From: Chrysemys picta bellii
Taxonomy: Eukaryota
Assembly (NCBI RefSeq): GCF_011386835.1
Contig: NC_088794.1
Span: forward strand, 3,968,001 to 4,032,000
Reading direction: 5' to 3'
DNA: 64,000 bases
The position numbers and the translations under genes were made by a program. Positions 35,140 through 47,494 of this stretch are shown in pieces (position 1 is the stretch's first letter; each line of letters begins with the position of its first letter). The notes under the pieces were generated by a model. That model saw only the letters and a program-made list of their open reading frames with translations, was not told where the DNA came from and searched no databases.

Positions 35140-35710
35140 TTCTAAAGACAAATGTACGGTGCTGCACGTAGGGAAGAAAAACCAAATGCTCCAATACAGC
35201 ATGGGGAGTAAGTGGCTTGGCAGGAGCACTGCTGGGAAGGATCTGGGAGTCGCGGTGGATCTGTCCAGTTTTGGGCACCGGTGTATAGACAGGATGCGGA
35301 GAAATTGGAAAGGGGCCAGCGGCGAGTGGTCAAAGGGAGGGCAGGCAAGCCACCTGAGCAAAGGCTGGGCATGTTTGGAAAAGAGGAGATTGAGGGGGAA
35401 ACATGGCGACGGTCTTCAAACCCTTGAAAGGCAGCCCATAAACAGGATGGAGAAAAGTGGTTCTCTCTTGGAGGGCAGGACCAGAGGCCGTGGGTTCAAA
35501 CGGCAGCAGAGCAGATTGAGATGAAATCTCAGGAACAACGTCCTGAGGGTCGGGACGGGAGGACAATGGCACAGACCTGCCTAGGGAGGGTGTGGACGCT
35601 CCTTCTCTGGAGGGTTTTAAAAGGCGGCTGGACGGTCGCCTGTCTGGGATGGATCACACACAAATCCTGAATCTGGGCAGGGGGTCAGACTAGATGACCC
35701 TTGCGGTCCC
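35140..35710 (+). mobile_element. Older CR1 3' fragment
   Basis: LHVGKKNQM..Y..GSKWLGRSTAGKDLG, EKRRLRG and CR1-like 3'UTR. Confidence 0.75.
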
Positions 35711-35848
35711 TCCTCACCCTGTGGCTCTCTGCCTGAGTCCCACGGCCCCTCCCCAATTCTCATGCCTCACTGAGCTGGGGATGCTGTGGGAGCCCCTCAG
35801 GAGCCAACGTCCCGGACGCCTGGGTCCCCTCCCCTGCCAGAAACGTAC

Positions 35849-35957
35849 CGTTCAGGTCCAGCATGAGGAGGGCGGGGTTGGCCCGGGGGCTGGGCACGCG
35901 CCCCCTCCTCTCCCGGCCCTTGTGCCTCTCCCCACTGCTGGCCAGGCGCCGCTTCTC
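35849..35957 (-). CDS. BCL7C: BCL7C coding exon 3 ([36 protein letters not shown])
   Basis: ctgcAG|GAG ... G|GTACG, 109 nt; phases match flanking exons. Confidence 0.9.
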
Positions 35958-36101
35958 CTGCAGGGAGGGGAAGAGAGTGTGGGGGGTAGAGATGGCCTCC
36001 AAACAGGGGGGAAGGTTGGAAAGGAGTGGCAAGGGTAGCGCGGTAGGGACGGACAGACAGGGGCGGGGTGGGGACAGATGGGCGCCCAGCCCCTCTCTCA
36101 C

Positions 36102-36180
36102 CTCATCCCGGGGGTCCACAATGGGCACCCACTTGTAGATCCTCAGAGACGTGTCGCCCACGGTCACCCAGCGCTTCTCC
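36102..36180 (-). CDS. BCL7C: BCL7C coding exon 2 ([27 protein letters not shown])
   Basis: cccAG|G ... GAG|GTGAGA, 79 nt; BCL7 N-terminal domain. Confidence 0.95.
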
Positions 36181-36749
36181 CTGGGTAGGGGGAGAGGAGG
36201 AATTAAGCTGGATGGATTATAGCCTTCCAGAGATCCCCCCCACCCCCAAAATCTTCAGAGATTCCTCCCCCCACCCCCATATACCTGATTGTAAGGCAAT
36301 TCACTAGCAGAAGTAGTAGGTTATTATCCACTATGCAGTGCTAAAGGACTGATGCCATTAGCTAGTTGCGTTGGGAAGTTGCTATCCTCTGTGCAGAGCT
36401 AAAGAGGCCAGGCCTTTAGCTAGTAGCAGTGGTAGCTTATCATCCTCTGTCATGAGGGATGAAACCCTCAAATGGCATCCTTCTACCCCCTGAGTTAAAG
36501 GAGAGACTCCTTTAAACAGCAGCAGCAGTAAGCTATTATCTTCTCTTGACCAGTGTCACACATATCACCTAGGCCAGGGTAAATAATTTGACAGCCATTC
36601 ATGTCTCAGGAGCAAGTTCTACCGACAAAGGGAGGCGAATGATAAGCAAAAGAATTAATAAAACCATAGAATAATAATTAATTGTTGTAATTAAGAGCCA
36701 GATCCTGCATTTAGTCACAGGGTGTTACTTTAAACACGGGGATGGCTCG

Positions 36750-37400
36750 CCCAGCACTGAGATGCAGCCACCTCTGGAGTGGGGCAGGTGGTGAACAGTC
36801 GCATGGGGCTGGCTCGCCCGGCACTCAGATGCAGCCACCTCTGGGGTGGGGCAGGTGGTGAACAGTCGCATGGGGCTGGCTCGCCCGGCACTCAGATGCA
36901 GCCACCTCTGGGGTGGGGCAGCTGGGAGATGGCCGCACAGTGACACCGCATGGGGCTGGCTTGCCCAGCACTGAGATGCAGCCACTTCTGGGGTGGGGCA
37001 GGTGGGAGATGGCCACACAGTGACGCCGCATGGGGCTGGCTTGCCCGGCACTGAGATGCAGCCACTTCTGGGGTGGGGCAGCTGGGAGATGGCCGCACAG
37101 TGACGCCGCATGGGGCTGGCTTGCCCGGCACTGAGATGCAGCCACTTCTGGGGTGGGGCAGCTGGGAGATGGCCGCACAGTGACGCCGCATGGGGCTGGC
37201 TTGCCCGGCACTGAGATGCAGCCACTTCTGGGGTGGGGCAGGTGGGAGACGGCCGCACAGTGACACCGCATGGGGCTGGCTTGCCCGGCACTGAGATGCA
37301 GCCACTTCTGGGGTGGGGCAGGTGGGAGATGGCCACACAGTGACGCCGCATGGGGCTGGCTTGCCCGGCACTGAGATGCAGCCACTTCTGGGGTGGGGCT
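36750..37400. repeat. 80-bp minisatellite in BCL7C intron 1
   Basis: 'ctgagatgca' recurs every 80 bp (36971, 37051, 37131...), preceded by ~67-bp variant units. Confidence 0.95.
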
Positions 37401-37429
37401 GATGGGAACCCCGCCGTGTTGCCCACTCA

Positions 37430-38000
<571 letters not shown>

Positions 38001-38279
38001 AGTCGGAGCCAGGACTCCTGGGTTCTCTCCAGGCTCTGGGAGCTAGTGGGTTAGAGCGGCAGGGGAGGGGGCTGGGAGCCCGGACTCCTGGGTTCTCTCC
38101 CTGAGAGAGGAGAGGAGGGGAGGGGAGTGGGGTCTAGTGGGTTAGAGCAGGGGGGCTGGGAGCCAGGACGCCTGGGTTCTCTAGCACACTAAACCTCACT
38201 CCCCTCCCCGAGACAAACATAGACCCCAGGCGTCCTGGCTCCCAGCCCCCCCTGCTCTCACTCACTCGACCCCACACCC

Positions 38280-39980
38280 CTCCCAGAGCCGGGAAGAGAA
38301 CCCCAGAGTCCTGGCTCCCAGCCCCCCCCCCTTGCTCTAAGCCACCAGCCCCCACTCCCCTCCCAGAGCCAGGGAGAGAACCCAGGAGTCCTGGCTCCCA
38401 ACCCCCCCCCCTTGCTCTAAGCCACCAGCCCCCACTCCCCTCCCAGAGCCAGGGAGAGAACCCAGGAGTCTTGGCTCCCAGCCCCCCCGCGTTCTAAGCA
38501 CTAGAGCCCACTCCCCTCCCAGAGCCAGGGATAGAACCCAGGAGTCCTGGCTCCCAGCCCCCCCTGCTCTCACTCACTCGACCCCACTCCCCTCCCAGAG
38601 CCAGGGAGACAACCCAGGAGTCCTGACTCCCAGCTCCCCCTGCTCTAACCACTAGACCCCACTTCCCTCCCAGAACCAGGGAGAGAACCCAGGAGTCCTG
38701 GCTCCCAGCCCCGCCTGCTCTAACCCACCAGCCCCCACTCACCTCCCAGAGCCAGGGAGAGAACCCAGGAGTCCTGGCTCCCAGCTCCCCCTGCTCTAAC
38801 TACTAGACCCCACTTCCCTCCCAGAGCCAGGGAGAGAACCCAGGAGTCCTGGCTCCCAACCCCCCCTTGCTCTAAGCCACTAGCCCCCACTCCCCTCCCA
38901 GAGCCAGGGAGAGAACCCAGGAGTCCTGGCTCCCAGCCCCGCCTGCTCTAACCCACCAGCCCCCACTCCCCTCCCAGAGCCAGGGAGAGAACCCAGGAGT
39001 CCTGGCTCCCAGCCCCGCCTGCTCTAACCCACCAGCCCCCACTCCCCTCCCAGAGCCAGGGATAGAACCCAGGAGTCCTGGCTCCCAGCCCCCCCTGCTC
39101 TCACTCACTCGACCCCACTCCCCTCCCAGAGCCAGGGAGACAACCCAGGAGTCCTGGCTCCCAGCTCCCCCTGCTCTAACCACTAGACCCCACTTCCCTC
39201 CCAGAGCCAGGGAGAGAACCCAGGAGTCCTGGCTCCCAGCCCCGCCTGCTCTAACCACTAGACCCCACTTCCCTCCCAGAGCCAGGGAGAGAACCCAGGA
39301 GTCCTGGCTCCCAGCCCCGCCTGCTCTAACCACTAGACCCCACTTCCCTCCCAGAGCCAGGGAGAGAACCCAGGAGTCCTGGCTCCCAGCCCCGCCTGCT
39401 CTAACCCACCAGCCCCCACTCCCCTCCCAGAGCCAGGGAGAGAACCCAGGAGTCCTGGCTCCCAGCCCCACCTGCTCTAACCCACCAGCCCCCACTCCCC
39501 TCCCAGAGCCAGGGATAGAACCCAGGAGTCCTGGCTCCCAGCCCCCCCCCTGCTCTCACTCACTCGACCCCACTCCCCTCCCAGAGCCAGGGATAGAACC
39601 CAGGAGTCCTGGCTCCCAGCCCCCCCTGCTCTCACTCACTCGACCCCACTCCCCTCCCAGAGCCAGGGAGACAACCCAGGAGTCCTGGCTCCCAGCTCCC
39701 CCTGCTCTAACCACTAGACCCCACTTCCCTCCCAGAGCCAGGGAGAGAACCCAGGAGTCCTGGCTCCCAGCCCCGCCTGCTCTAACCCACCAGCCCCCAC
39801 TCCCCTCCCAGAGCCAGGGAGAGAACCCAGGAGTCCTGGCTCCCAGCCCCGCCTGCTCTAACCCACCAGCCCCCACTCCCCTCCCAGAGCCAGGGAGAGA
39901 ACCCAGGAGTCCTGGCTCCCAGCCCCACCTGCTCTAACCCACCAGCCCCCACTCCCCTCCCAGAGCCAGGGAGAGAACCC
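38280..39980. repeat. Largest tandem array (~24 units) of the ~70-bp tRNA/MIR-head unit
   Basis: cccagagccagggagagaacccaggagtcctggctcccagccccgcctgctctaacccaccagcccccactcccct repeated head to tail. Confidence 0.95.
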
Positions 39981-40524
39981 AGGTGTCCCGGCTCCCCGCC
40001 CCTTTCCCACGCCCTCCCCCCCTCGTTAATCCTGGAAGCGGCTTGGAAGGGATTACAATGGAGGGGCTCGGATGCCCACACTGAGCTCATTGTGCTGTCG
40101 CTGACTCACACCGGAGGTGTGTGTGTGTGTGTGGGGGGGTCACCATGACCTCAGCCTCACAAGGGAAGGTCTCTCCAACCTGCTGTGGGCCGGAGTCGAG
40201 GGGCACCGGCGGGGGGCTGCGGGTCGGGAGTGAGGGGCCTGAGCAGAGCTGGGGCGGGGGGCTGTACCTTTCTGCCGCTCTTCCCACACGTTTCACAAAT
40301 AAAGAGCCGTAGAAAAGTCATGACACATCTTGCAATAGCTTTCCGGGTGGGGTGGGGTGGGGTGGGGGGGGTCTCTGTGATGTTACACAGGTCTGGGTCA
40401 TATAAGGAGTGAGGGACATGAAGAAAAGAGTTAAATGTACTACTTCTTCCCAGAGCTCGGGAGAGAGCCCAGGAGTCCTGGCTCCCAGCCCCCCTGCTCT
40501 AACCACTAGACCCCACTCCCCCCA

Positions 40525-41440
40525 AAGGTGGTATATGGGGCTGGCTGGATGGGGGGATTAGTGGGAGGGGGCTAGCTAGAGAGCAGTGTGTGGGGGTGGA
40601 TGGAGGGGGAGGGGGTTAGCTAGAGAGGGGTGGGGGTGGGTGGATGGGGGAGGGGTAAGATAGAGAGGGGTGTGGGGGTGGATGGGGTAGGGGTAAGATA
40701 GAAGTGGGGGTGGGTGGATGGAGGAGGTAGGGGGTAAAATAGAGAGGGGTGTGGGGGTGGATGGATGGATGAGGCATAAGATAGGGGTGGGGTGGATGGG
40801 TTAAGATAGGGGTGGGAGGGGGAAGTGGGTTAGCTAGAGAGTGGTGTGGGAGGGGAAGGGAGTAAGATGGGGTGTGGGGTGGATGGAGTAAGATAGAGGG
40901 TGGTGTGTAGGGGTGCAAGGGGATAAGAGAGAGGGATGGGGTAAGAGAGAGGTGTGGGGGTGGGTGGATGTGGGAGGGGGTAAGACCGAGAGGGGGTGGG
41001 GGTGGATGGGGTAAGAGAGGGTGTGGGGGTGGATGGAGGGTGGAGGGGGTAAGACAGAGAGGGGGTGGGTGGATGGGGTAAGAGAGAGGTGTGGGGGTGG
41101 GTGGATGTGGGAGGGGGTAAGATAGAGAGGGGGTGGGGGTGGGTGGATGGGGGGTAAGATAGAGAGGGGGTGGGTGGATGGGGTAAGAGAGGGGTGTGGG
41201 GGTGGATGGAGGGTGGAGGGGGTAAGACAGAGAGGGGGTGGGTGGATGGGGTAAGATAGGGGTGTGGGGGTGGGTGAATGGGGAGGGGGTAAGACAGAGA
41301 GGGGCTGGGGGTGGATGGGGTAAGAGAGAGGTGTGGGCATGGGTGGGTGGATGGGGAGGGGGTAAGATAGAGGAGGTGGGGTGGATGGGGTAAGAGAGGG
41401 GTGTGGGGGTGGGTGGATGTGGGAGGGGGCTGGGAGGGGG
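40525..41440. repeat. Purine/G-rich minisatellite (ggggtaagatagagagggggtgggtggat) followed by (TAT)n at 41441-41473
   Basis: Directly visible repeat units. Confidence 0.9.
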
Positions 41441-41499
41441 TATTATTATTATTATTATTATTATTATTGTTATTAAGCTAGAGAGGGGGTGGGGGTGGA

Positions 41500-41974
41500 T
41501 GGGGTAAGAGAGGGGTGGGGGGAGGGGGAAGATGGAGAGGGGGTGGGGGAGGGCCAGAGGGGCGCAGTGACGGACACACGGCGCCCCCCCCCCCTCCCCC
41601 GCTCCGGCCCGGGCGCACCGCGGCCCCTTTAAGCCGGCTCAGGAATGTGTTTATGCCCCGGGCTGTCCCCCCCCACACCCCGCCGCACGCACATGGAGGG
41701 ACGGGCCCGGGCGGGGGAGCGGAGCAAAGAGCAACCCCCCCTCCTCTCCTCCCCGCCCCCCCCTCCGCCTCCAGGAGCTGATCCCCCCCCGGGGTGCGCG
41801 CCCCTGGCCCGGGCCGGGCTAGCGCTGAGCTCAGCCTCCTGGCATCCACGCGGGTCCGGGAAGGGGGCGGGGGCGGGGGGGATGAGGGGGGGCTGGGAGG
41901 GGATATAAACCCGGGGCCCCCGCCCCCAGCCTGGCCTCTGCCGGGCAGCAACAAGTGAGCGCGGCTGGGACAGC
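41500..41974 (+). promoter_or_regulatory. CTF1 GC-rich promoter with TATA box (TATAAA 41904-41909)
   Basis: CpG-rich; TATA lies about 70 nt upstream of the ATG at 41975. Confidence 0.7.
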
Positions 41975-41990
41975 ATGGAAGTGCTGACAG
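41975..41990 (+). CDS. CTF1: Cardiotrophin-1 coding exon 1 (MEVLT-)
   Basis: AGCATGG Kozak context; 16 nt followed by G|GTAGGG donor; phase 1 fits exon 2. Confidence 0.7.
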
Positions 41991-42449
41991 GTAGGGGAGC
42001 CCGGACGCCTGGGTTCCTTCCCTGGCCCTGGGAGGGGAGTGGGGGCTAGTGGTTACAGCAGGGGGCCTGGGAGCCAGGACTCCTGGGTTCTGTCCCCAGC
42101 AGTGTATGACTCACCACCCCACCCCCCATTTGGGGGACATTCCTGGGTCCGGCGGGGGGGGGGGCAGCTTGCATAGTGGAAATACTGAATTGGGGGCAGG
42201 AGTAAAGACTTAGATGGGCTGGTGAGGGCCTGGCTTCCCCGAGGAGGGCTCCGGGGTGCTAAGAATTGAGGGGAGATGGAGACAGTTCGGGGGCAACTGC
42301 GGCTGGGGGACGTGCCAAGAGCTGAGGAACCCCAAGAGGACCCTGTCCCCTGTAGACACCTCTCCAGACCCTTCCACCCCTCTATGCATCTGGCCACCAC
42401 CCCCAGGTCTTCTACCTTCCTCCCCATCTTCCCTTCCAAAAGCTAACCC

Positions 42450-42577
42450 TAGCGTGACCAGATGTCACGATTTTATAGATACAATCCCAATTTGGGGGTC
42501 TTTTTCTTGTATAGGCTCCTATTACCCCCCCCCCCGTCCCCGTCCCGATTCTTCACATTTGCTGTCTGGTCGCCCTA
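42450..42577. mobile_element. hAT-type MITE with perfect 8-bp TSD in CTF1 intron 1
   Basis: tagcgtgaccagatgtc...tctggtcgcccta; TSD gctaaccc at 42442-42449 and 42578-42585. Confidence 0.88.
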
Positions 42578-44177
42578 GCTAACCCCCTTCTGTCCACCCA
42601 CCAGCTCCTGCCCCGGGCACGTCTCTGCGGGGCCAGCCAGAGGGGCAACATGGACTCTTCGCTGTCCGCCCAGCCACCTGTCTGGTTAGCAGCTCTTCCG
42701 GGCTCCATCTCTGGGCTGGGATGGCCCCTAGCTAATGATTGACTGGTGGAGTTTGGGCGCCAAAGGCATCTGGGTAGGGACCGAGCGTGACGAGCGCGCT
42801 CAGGACTCGAACCAAAAGTCCGTGACATGCTCGTCAAGATCCACCAACGCGACCACCTAAGGCTGCTCTAACCAGTAGGCCATACTCCCTTCCTGAGAAC
42901 CCAGGAGTCCTGATATGCAGTCCCCTCGCACACACTAGACCCCATTCCCCTCCCAAAGCTGCAGCTACAACCCAGGAGTCCTGGCTCCCACCCCCCCTGC
43001 TCTAACCACTAGACCCCACTCCCCTCCCAGAGCTCAAGATAGAACCCAGGAGTCCTGATTCCCAGCCACCCCTCTGCTCTGACCACTAGACCCCACTCCC
43101 CTCCCAGAGCTCAAGATAGAACCCAGGAGTCCTGATTCCCAGCCACCCCTCTGCTCTGACCACTAGACCCCACTCCCCTCCCAGAGCTGGAGATAGAACC
43201 CAGGAGTCCTGGCTCCCAGCCACCCCCCAGGAGATTGGCATCACCCAAGGTGGAGAAGGGTCCCAAGCTATGGCACTTCCAGAGGGTCCTCTTCTCTGCC
43301 TTGGCCACCTCCTCCGACTTGGGCAGGTGCCCAGTACAGTGCCCGCGTCATCCTCCTGCAGGGCTGGGGCTGGCAAGGTTCTCGTGCCGTTGGGACACCC
43401 CCATAGCTACTGGTCAGGCTGGGAACCTGGCGGGGGGCTGACAGCTGGGACGTGACCAGCTACCTGAGAGTGGGGGCGGGTCTGGGCACTACCTGGCATC
43501 AGAGATCAGTGAAAAGGGGAGGTTAGACAGAGGGGCTCTGGTGGGTTAGAGCAGGGGGGCTGGGTGCCAGGACTCCTGGGTTCTCTCCCCAGCTCTGCGA
43601 GGGGATGGGGGTGTGGTGGGTTAGAGCAGGGGGGGCTGGGAGCCAGGACTCCTGGGTTCTCTCCCCAGCTCTGAGAGGGGAGTGGGGGCTAGTGGTTAGA
43701 GCAGAGGGGGCTGGGAGTCAGGACTCCTGGGTTCTCTCCCGGCCCTGTTGTGACTTTTCCTCCCTTCCAAGGGAGCGGCTGCTCCGTTCTGGTGCATTGG
43801 GTCAGGACAATGGGATCTCTGGTGCTTGACTGGGAGGTAAAATACTGAGTACAATAGGGGGTGGGGTGCATCTGACACCTGGCAGGGGAATGGGTCAGCA
43901 GGGGGTGTTCTCCCCGACAGTCAGTGCTGGCCCCAATGCCCCAGGGTGGCACTAGGAGGCGCTGTGCTGCAGGCAGATGGAAGGAACCGTTGTGTGTGGC
44001 TGTTCCCCAGCTGCCCCCCCCCCCCAGAGGTGGCCGCATCTCAGCAGTATTTTTCCAGGAGGGGATTTCCTAAGATGAATTTCCTCTCTAGGTGGCTTCT
44101 GAGCCCAGGAGCTCGCTCCAAAGCTCGTGGCTCTGGGCCTGAGTTGAATAAACTCTTTGTTTACTTCCTCTCTCCAG

Positions 44178-44314
44178 TGGATCGCGCCAACCTGCTCTCT
44201 TCCACCTCCTCTTCCTCATCCCTCTCCCAGCAAGAAGTAGCCACCAAGATCAAGCAAACACACCGCCTGACAGTGCTGCTGAAGCACTGCTCAGAACAGC
44301 TGCTGGCAGAATAT
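44178..44314 (+). CDS. CTF1: Cardiotrophin-1 coding exon 2 (VDRANLLSSTSSSSSLSQQEVATKIKQTHRLTVLLKHCSEQLLAEY)
   Basis: ctctccAG|TG ... TAT|GTGAGC, 137 nt; similar to recalled human CT-1 helix A (EAKIRQTHSLAHLLTKYAEQLLQEY). Confidence 0.88.
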
Positions 44315-44804
44315 GTGAGCATTGGGAAGGGGGGTAGTGCTGCCCCCTGCTGGAGGGGTCAGAGTCCTCTGTGTGTGTGTGTGTCTCGCTGTCCCCTGTT
44401 ACACAGTTGTCTACAAGTTTTTTTTCAATTCCCTGGCTTCGATCCCAGGAGAGACCATGTCCTTCTGTCCTCCGCTGGTCAGACGCCCTTTGGGACCCTG
44501 AGTGAAACCATGACATCCGAGCGGAGAGCCTGACAGGATGGCTCTGAGAGTGGGAAGCTGGCCCAAGCTGTTAACTCTTGAACCTAATGGTGGCAAATCA
44601 AGCATTAAATTTGTTACGGACTTCGCTGCTGCTCCTACAGCACAAATGCTCAGACAGCTTCCTCCCAGTCCCTTCCCAGCGCCACTGATAGAACCCAGGA
44701 GCCGTGGATCCCAGCCCCCCGCTGCTCTAACCACTGGACCCCATTCCCCTCCCAGAGCTGGGGATAGAACCCAGGAGTCCTGACTCAGTGTCTCTCCGTT
44801 CCAG

Positions 44805-45260
44805 GTGCGTCACCAAGGGGAGCCATTCAGCAGTCCAGATTTCCAGCCCCCTGCCATGGCAGTCCCCGGGCTGCCCTCGCCCTCTGTCCCCCCCGAGGCC
44901 TGGCTGGCGCTCAGCGACGGGAAGCGGCTCTGGCACCTCGCCGCGGCCTACGCCACCCTGCCCGGACTCCTGGGTTCCGTGCGGCGGCAGCAGGCCGAGC
45001 TCAACCCTTTGGCTTCGGAGCTGCATCGGCAGCTGGAGGCTGCGGCCCGGCAGTGCCTGGGGCTGGCTGGGAACCTGGAGGGGATCATGGGCGCCTTGGA
45101 GCTGCCAGGCCCCCCGCCTCCTTCCTCCAGCCTGGGCGGCCCCCCCACCAGCGCCTTCCTGGCTAAGCTGACCGGGTACCATGTGTGCCGGCTGCATCGG
45201 GACTGGGCCATGCGGAGCCACGAGGCACTCGGGCTTCTCCGCACCAAGTACCCGCTGTGA
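44805..45260 (+). CDS. CTF1: Cardiotrophin-1 coding exon 3
   Basis: ttccAG|GTG; QGEPFSSPDF, RRQQAELNP, FLAKLTGYHVCRLHRDW match recalled CT-1 (QGDPFGLPSF, RRQAELNP, FPAKVLGLRVCGLYREW); TGA ends at 45260. Confidence 0.9.
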   Translation: MRHQGEPFSSPDFQPPAMAVPGLPSPSVPPEAWLALSDGKRLWHLAAAYATLPGLLGSVRRQQAELNPLASELHRQLEAAARQCLGLAGNLEGIMGALELPGPPPPSSSLGGPPTSAFLAKLTGYHVCRLHRDWAMRSHEALGLLRTKYPL

Positions 45261-45859
45261 GTGCCCCCATCCTGCCCTCTGCCCCCCAGATACTGCTGCC
45301 CCCCACCTGTCCCTCCCCGGGAACCCTGGATCCTGCCCCCCCAGATATCCCCTGCCCCTGTCACCCCCCAGGTCCTGTCCCCCATCTGCCCCTCAGATAA
45401 TCTCTGCCCCCCACATGAATCCCCCTTGCATCTGCCCCCAAGTACCCCTGCCCCAACCATCCCCCCAAGAAACCTCCTGCTCCCCCATCTGCCCCCCCAA
45501 ACCCTCTGCCCCTCCTGCTCCAACCTCCGACTCTCCTCCCCAGCCCTCACTGCAAACTCCTGGGGGATCTCCCTTCCCCCAACTCCTGCCCTGGTTGGGG
45601 GGAGGGGATCCCACACACACACACTCCCTTGAAGGGGCCCTGCCCCACTGAACTCTGAGGGGAGGGATCGGTCCCAACTCCACCCTCCCTTTCAATACAG
45701 ACATTATGCAGAGGGGCTAGGAGAAGTCCCCTCTGCCCCCCACAATACTGGGGGACCCCCACCCATATATATGGAGGTGCGGGGGGGCCTTTGACCCCCC
45801 CCCCAAACTCTAGTTCATACTGTGGTATGTTCTTACCAGAAAACAGTGTCATAATTATT

Positions 45860-45865
45860 AATAAA
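45860..45865 (+). terminator. Candidate CTF1 polyadenylation signal AATAAA
   Basis: First AATAAA about 600 nt after the stop, in an AU-rich context. Confidence 0.6.
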
Positions 45866-46839
45866 GTATTTTTAGTAGAAGCTCAAAGTGTGGGGAGTTT
45901 GCTGCTGGGGGCATGAGTGTGTCCTGGCTCCCAGCCTCCCCTGCTCTAACCACCAGACCCCACTCCCCTCCCAGAGCTGGGGAGAGATCCCCGCACAAGC
46001 GTATTATCTCAGAAAAAACAGAGCTTTTATTGAGTGTCGAAGAAACCAGTTTTACAGAAATTCCCCGTGACACAATGGCAGAGACATGGGTGAGCCGTGA
46101 GAGTTTATAGGAATTCCAGCATTGCCCCCTGATGGGGGGAAGTGGGGCTGTGTTTGCGTCTCTCGGTGTATGCGTGTGAGAAAGAGAAAAAGACTATGGC
46201 CCTCTACCGGCTAGAATCAAAATTGCTCCACTATGTTTCATATTCCCCGTACTGCTAATGGCGGTTCCCCTGAGCTCATACAGAAGTAGCCCATGTTTTT
46301 AAGGCAGACAACCTTCTTTCTATCTGTGCTGCTACGCACCCACCCTGGAATAACAACCCTGAGCAGATATACAGCGTAGAGAGACAAGTATTGGACAATA
46401 GTACCATCTAGGCTTATTGTAATCAAGCAGCGACATCCACAAAAGTCAATAAATTAATACAGTATCCTAGGAAATTCCACAGGTAGCAAGACTTGACCAT
46501 GATTTTTAAGGCATCAAATGTTACGGCTCGCAACATCCTCATGGAGCGTTCCTGAGCAGCTGTTCCCCAGCTGCCCACCCCAGAGCCAGCTGCATTTTAG
46601 CACTGGCTTGGATTCCCACCTCGGTGCCTCACATCACTTTATAAAGTGCTTCTTGAGCATTTCTCTTGGTTCCCTTCAGCAAACCTACAGCAATTTTCTC
46701 TTGATGTGGACTCAAGAGGTGTCCAAAGTATTAGAAGCCCCACATTCAAGTCAACGTTCCCATGTCTGTTAAATAATATAAATAATCCAGATAAATGCTT
46801 CTTTTGGACATAAATACAATGGGATTTTAAAATATATAT

Positions 46840-46968
46840 TAGAACATAAGAGCGGCCAGACTGGGTCAGACCAAAGGTCCATCTAGCCCAGTATCCTGTC
46901 TGCAGACAGTGGCCAATGCCAGGTGCCCCAGAGGGAATGAACAGACCAGGGAATCATTGAGTGATCCA
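46840..46968 (-). mobile_element. CR1-family 3' tail fragment
   Basis: tagaacataagagcggccagactgggtcagaccaaaggtccatctagcccagtatcctgtc. Confidence 0.7.
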
Positions 46969-47494
46969 TTAATATTCTTTACACACACGTAATGGATTTT
47001 GTGGCCTAGGACTTAAAGCCATGGACTCCTAGGTTCTACTCCTGGCTCTGCAGGTCACTGTCCCCCTGCCGGGGATTCAGTTTCCCCATCTGTAAACTTG
47101 GGGTAAAGATAGCACTCTCCCCTGTGAAGCGCTTTGAGATCTATGGATGACCGGCACTTGGTAAGAGCTGGGCATTATTGTTCTGATAATTATCATCACA
47201 TCTGTCACAAAAGGATCTTTCCCCATCTCAGTTTGGGCCAGAACTGACGTGGGGAGAAAAATCCACTGACCCTGAGCAAAACAACAACAAAAAACCCACC
47301 TTTGGACTCATTTATCCCTGTTATGGAGGGGAGGAAATAAGGTTGATCGGAAACTTAGGACAGGAAGCGCATGTGCCACATTATTGGGCAACCAGAAGCA
47401 CATCAGCTATTCTTCAGGCCCAGAGGAAGTGCGTGGCCTAGCCAGGAGGCCAGCAATCCTATTTGGGCCCCCTGCACGTGATGGATCCCTGAAG

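Noticed and set aside
38280-39980. CRISPR-like or tRNA gene array
   Set aside because: Units are head-to-tail with no unique spacers and no cas genes (vertebrate DNA); units lack a full cloverleaf and anticodon arm, so they are SINE-head derivatives rather than tRNA genes.
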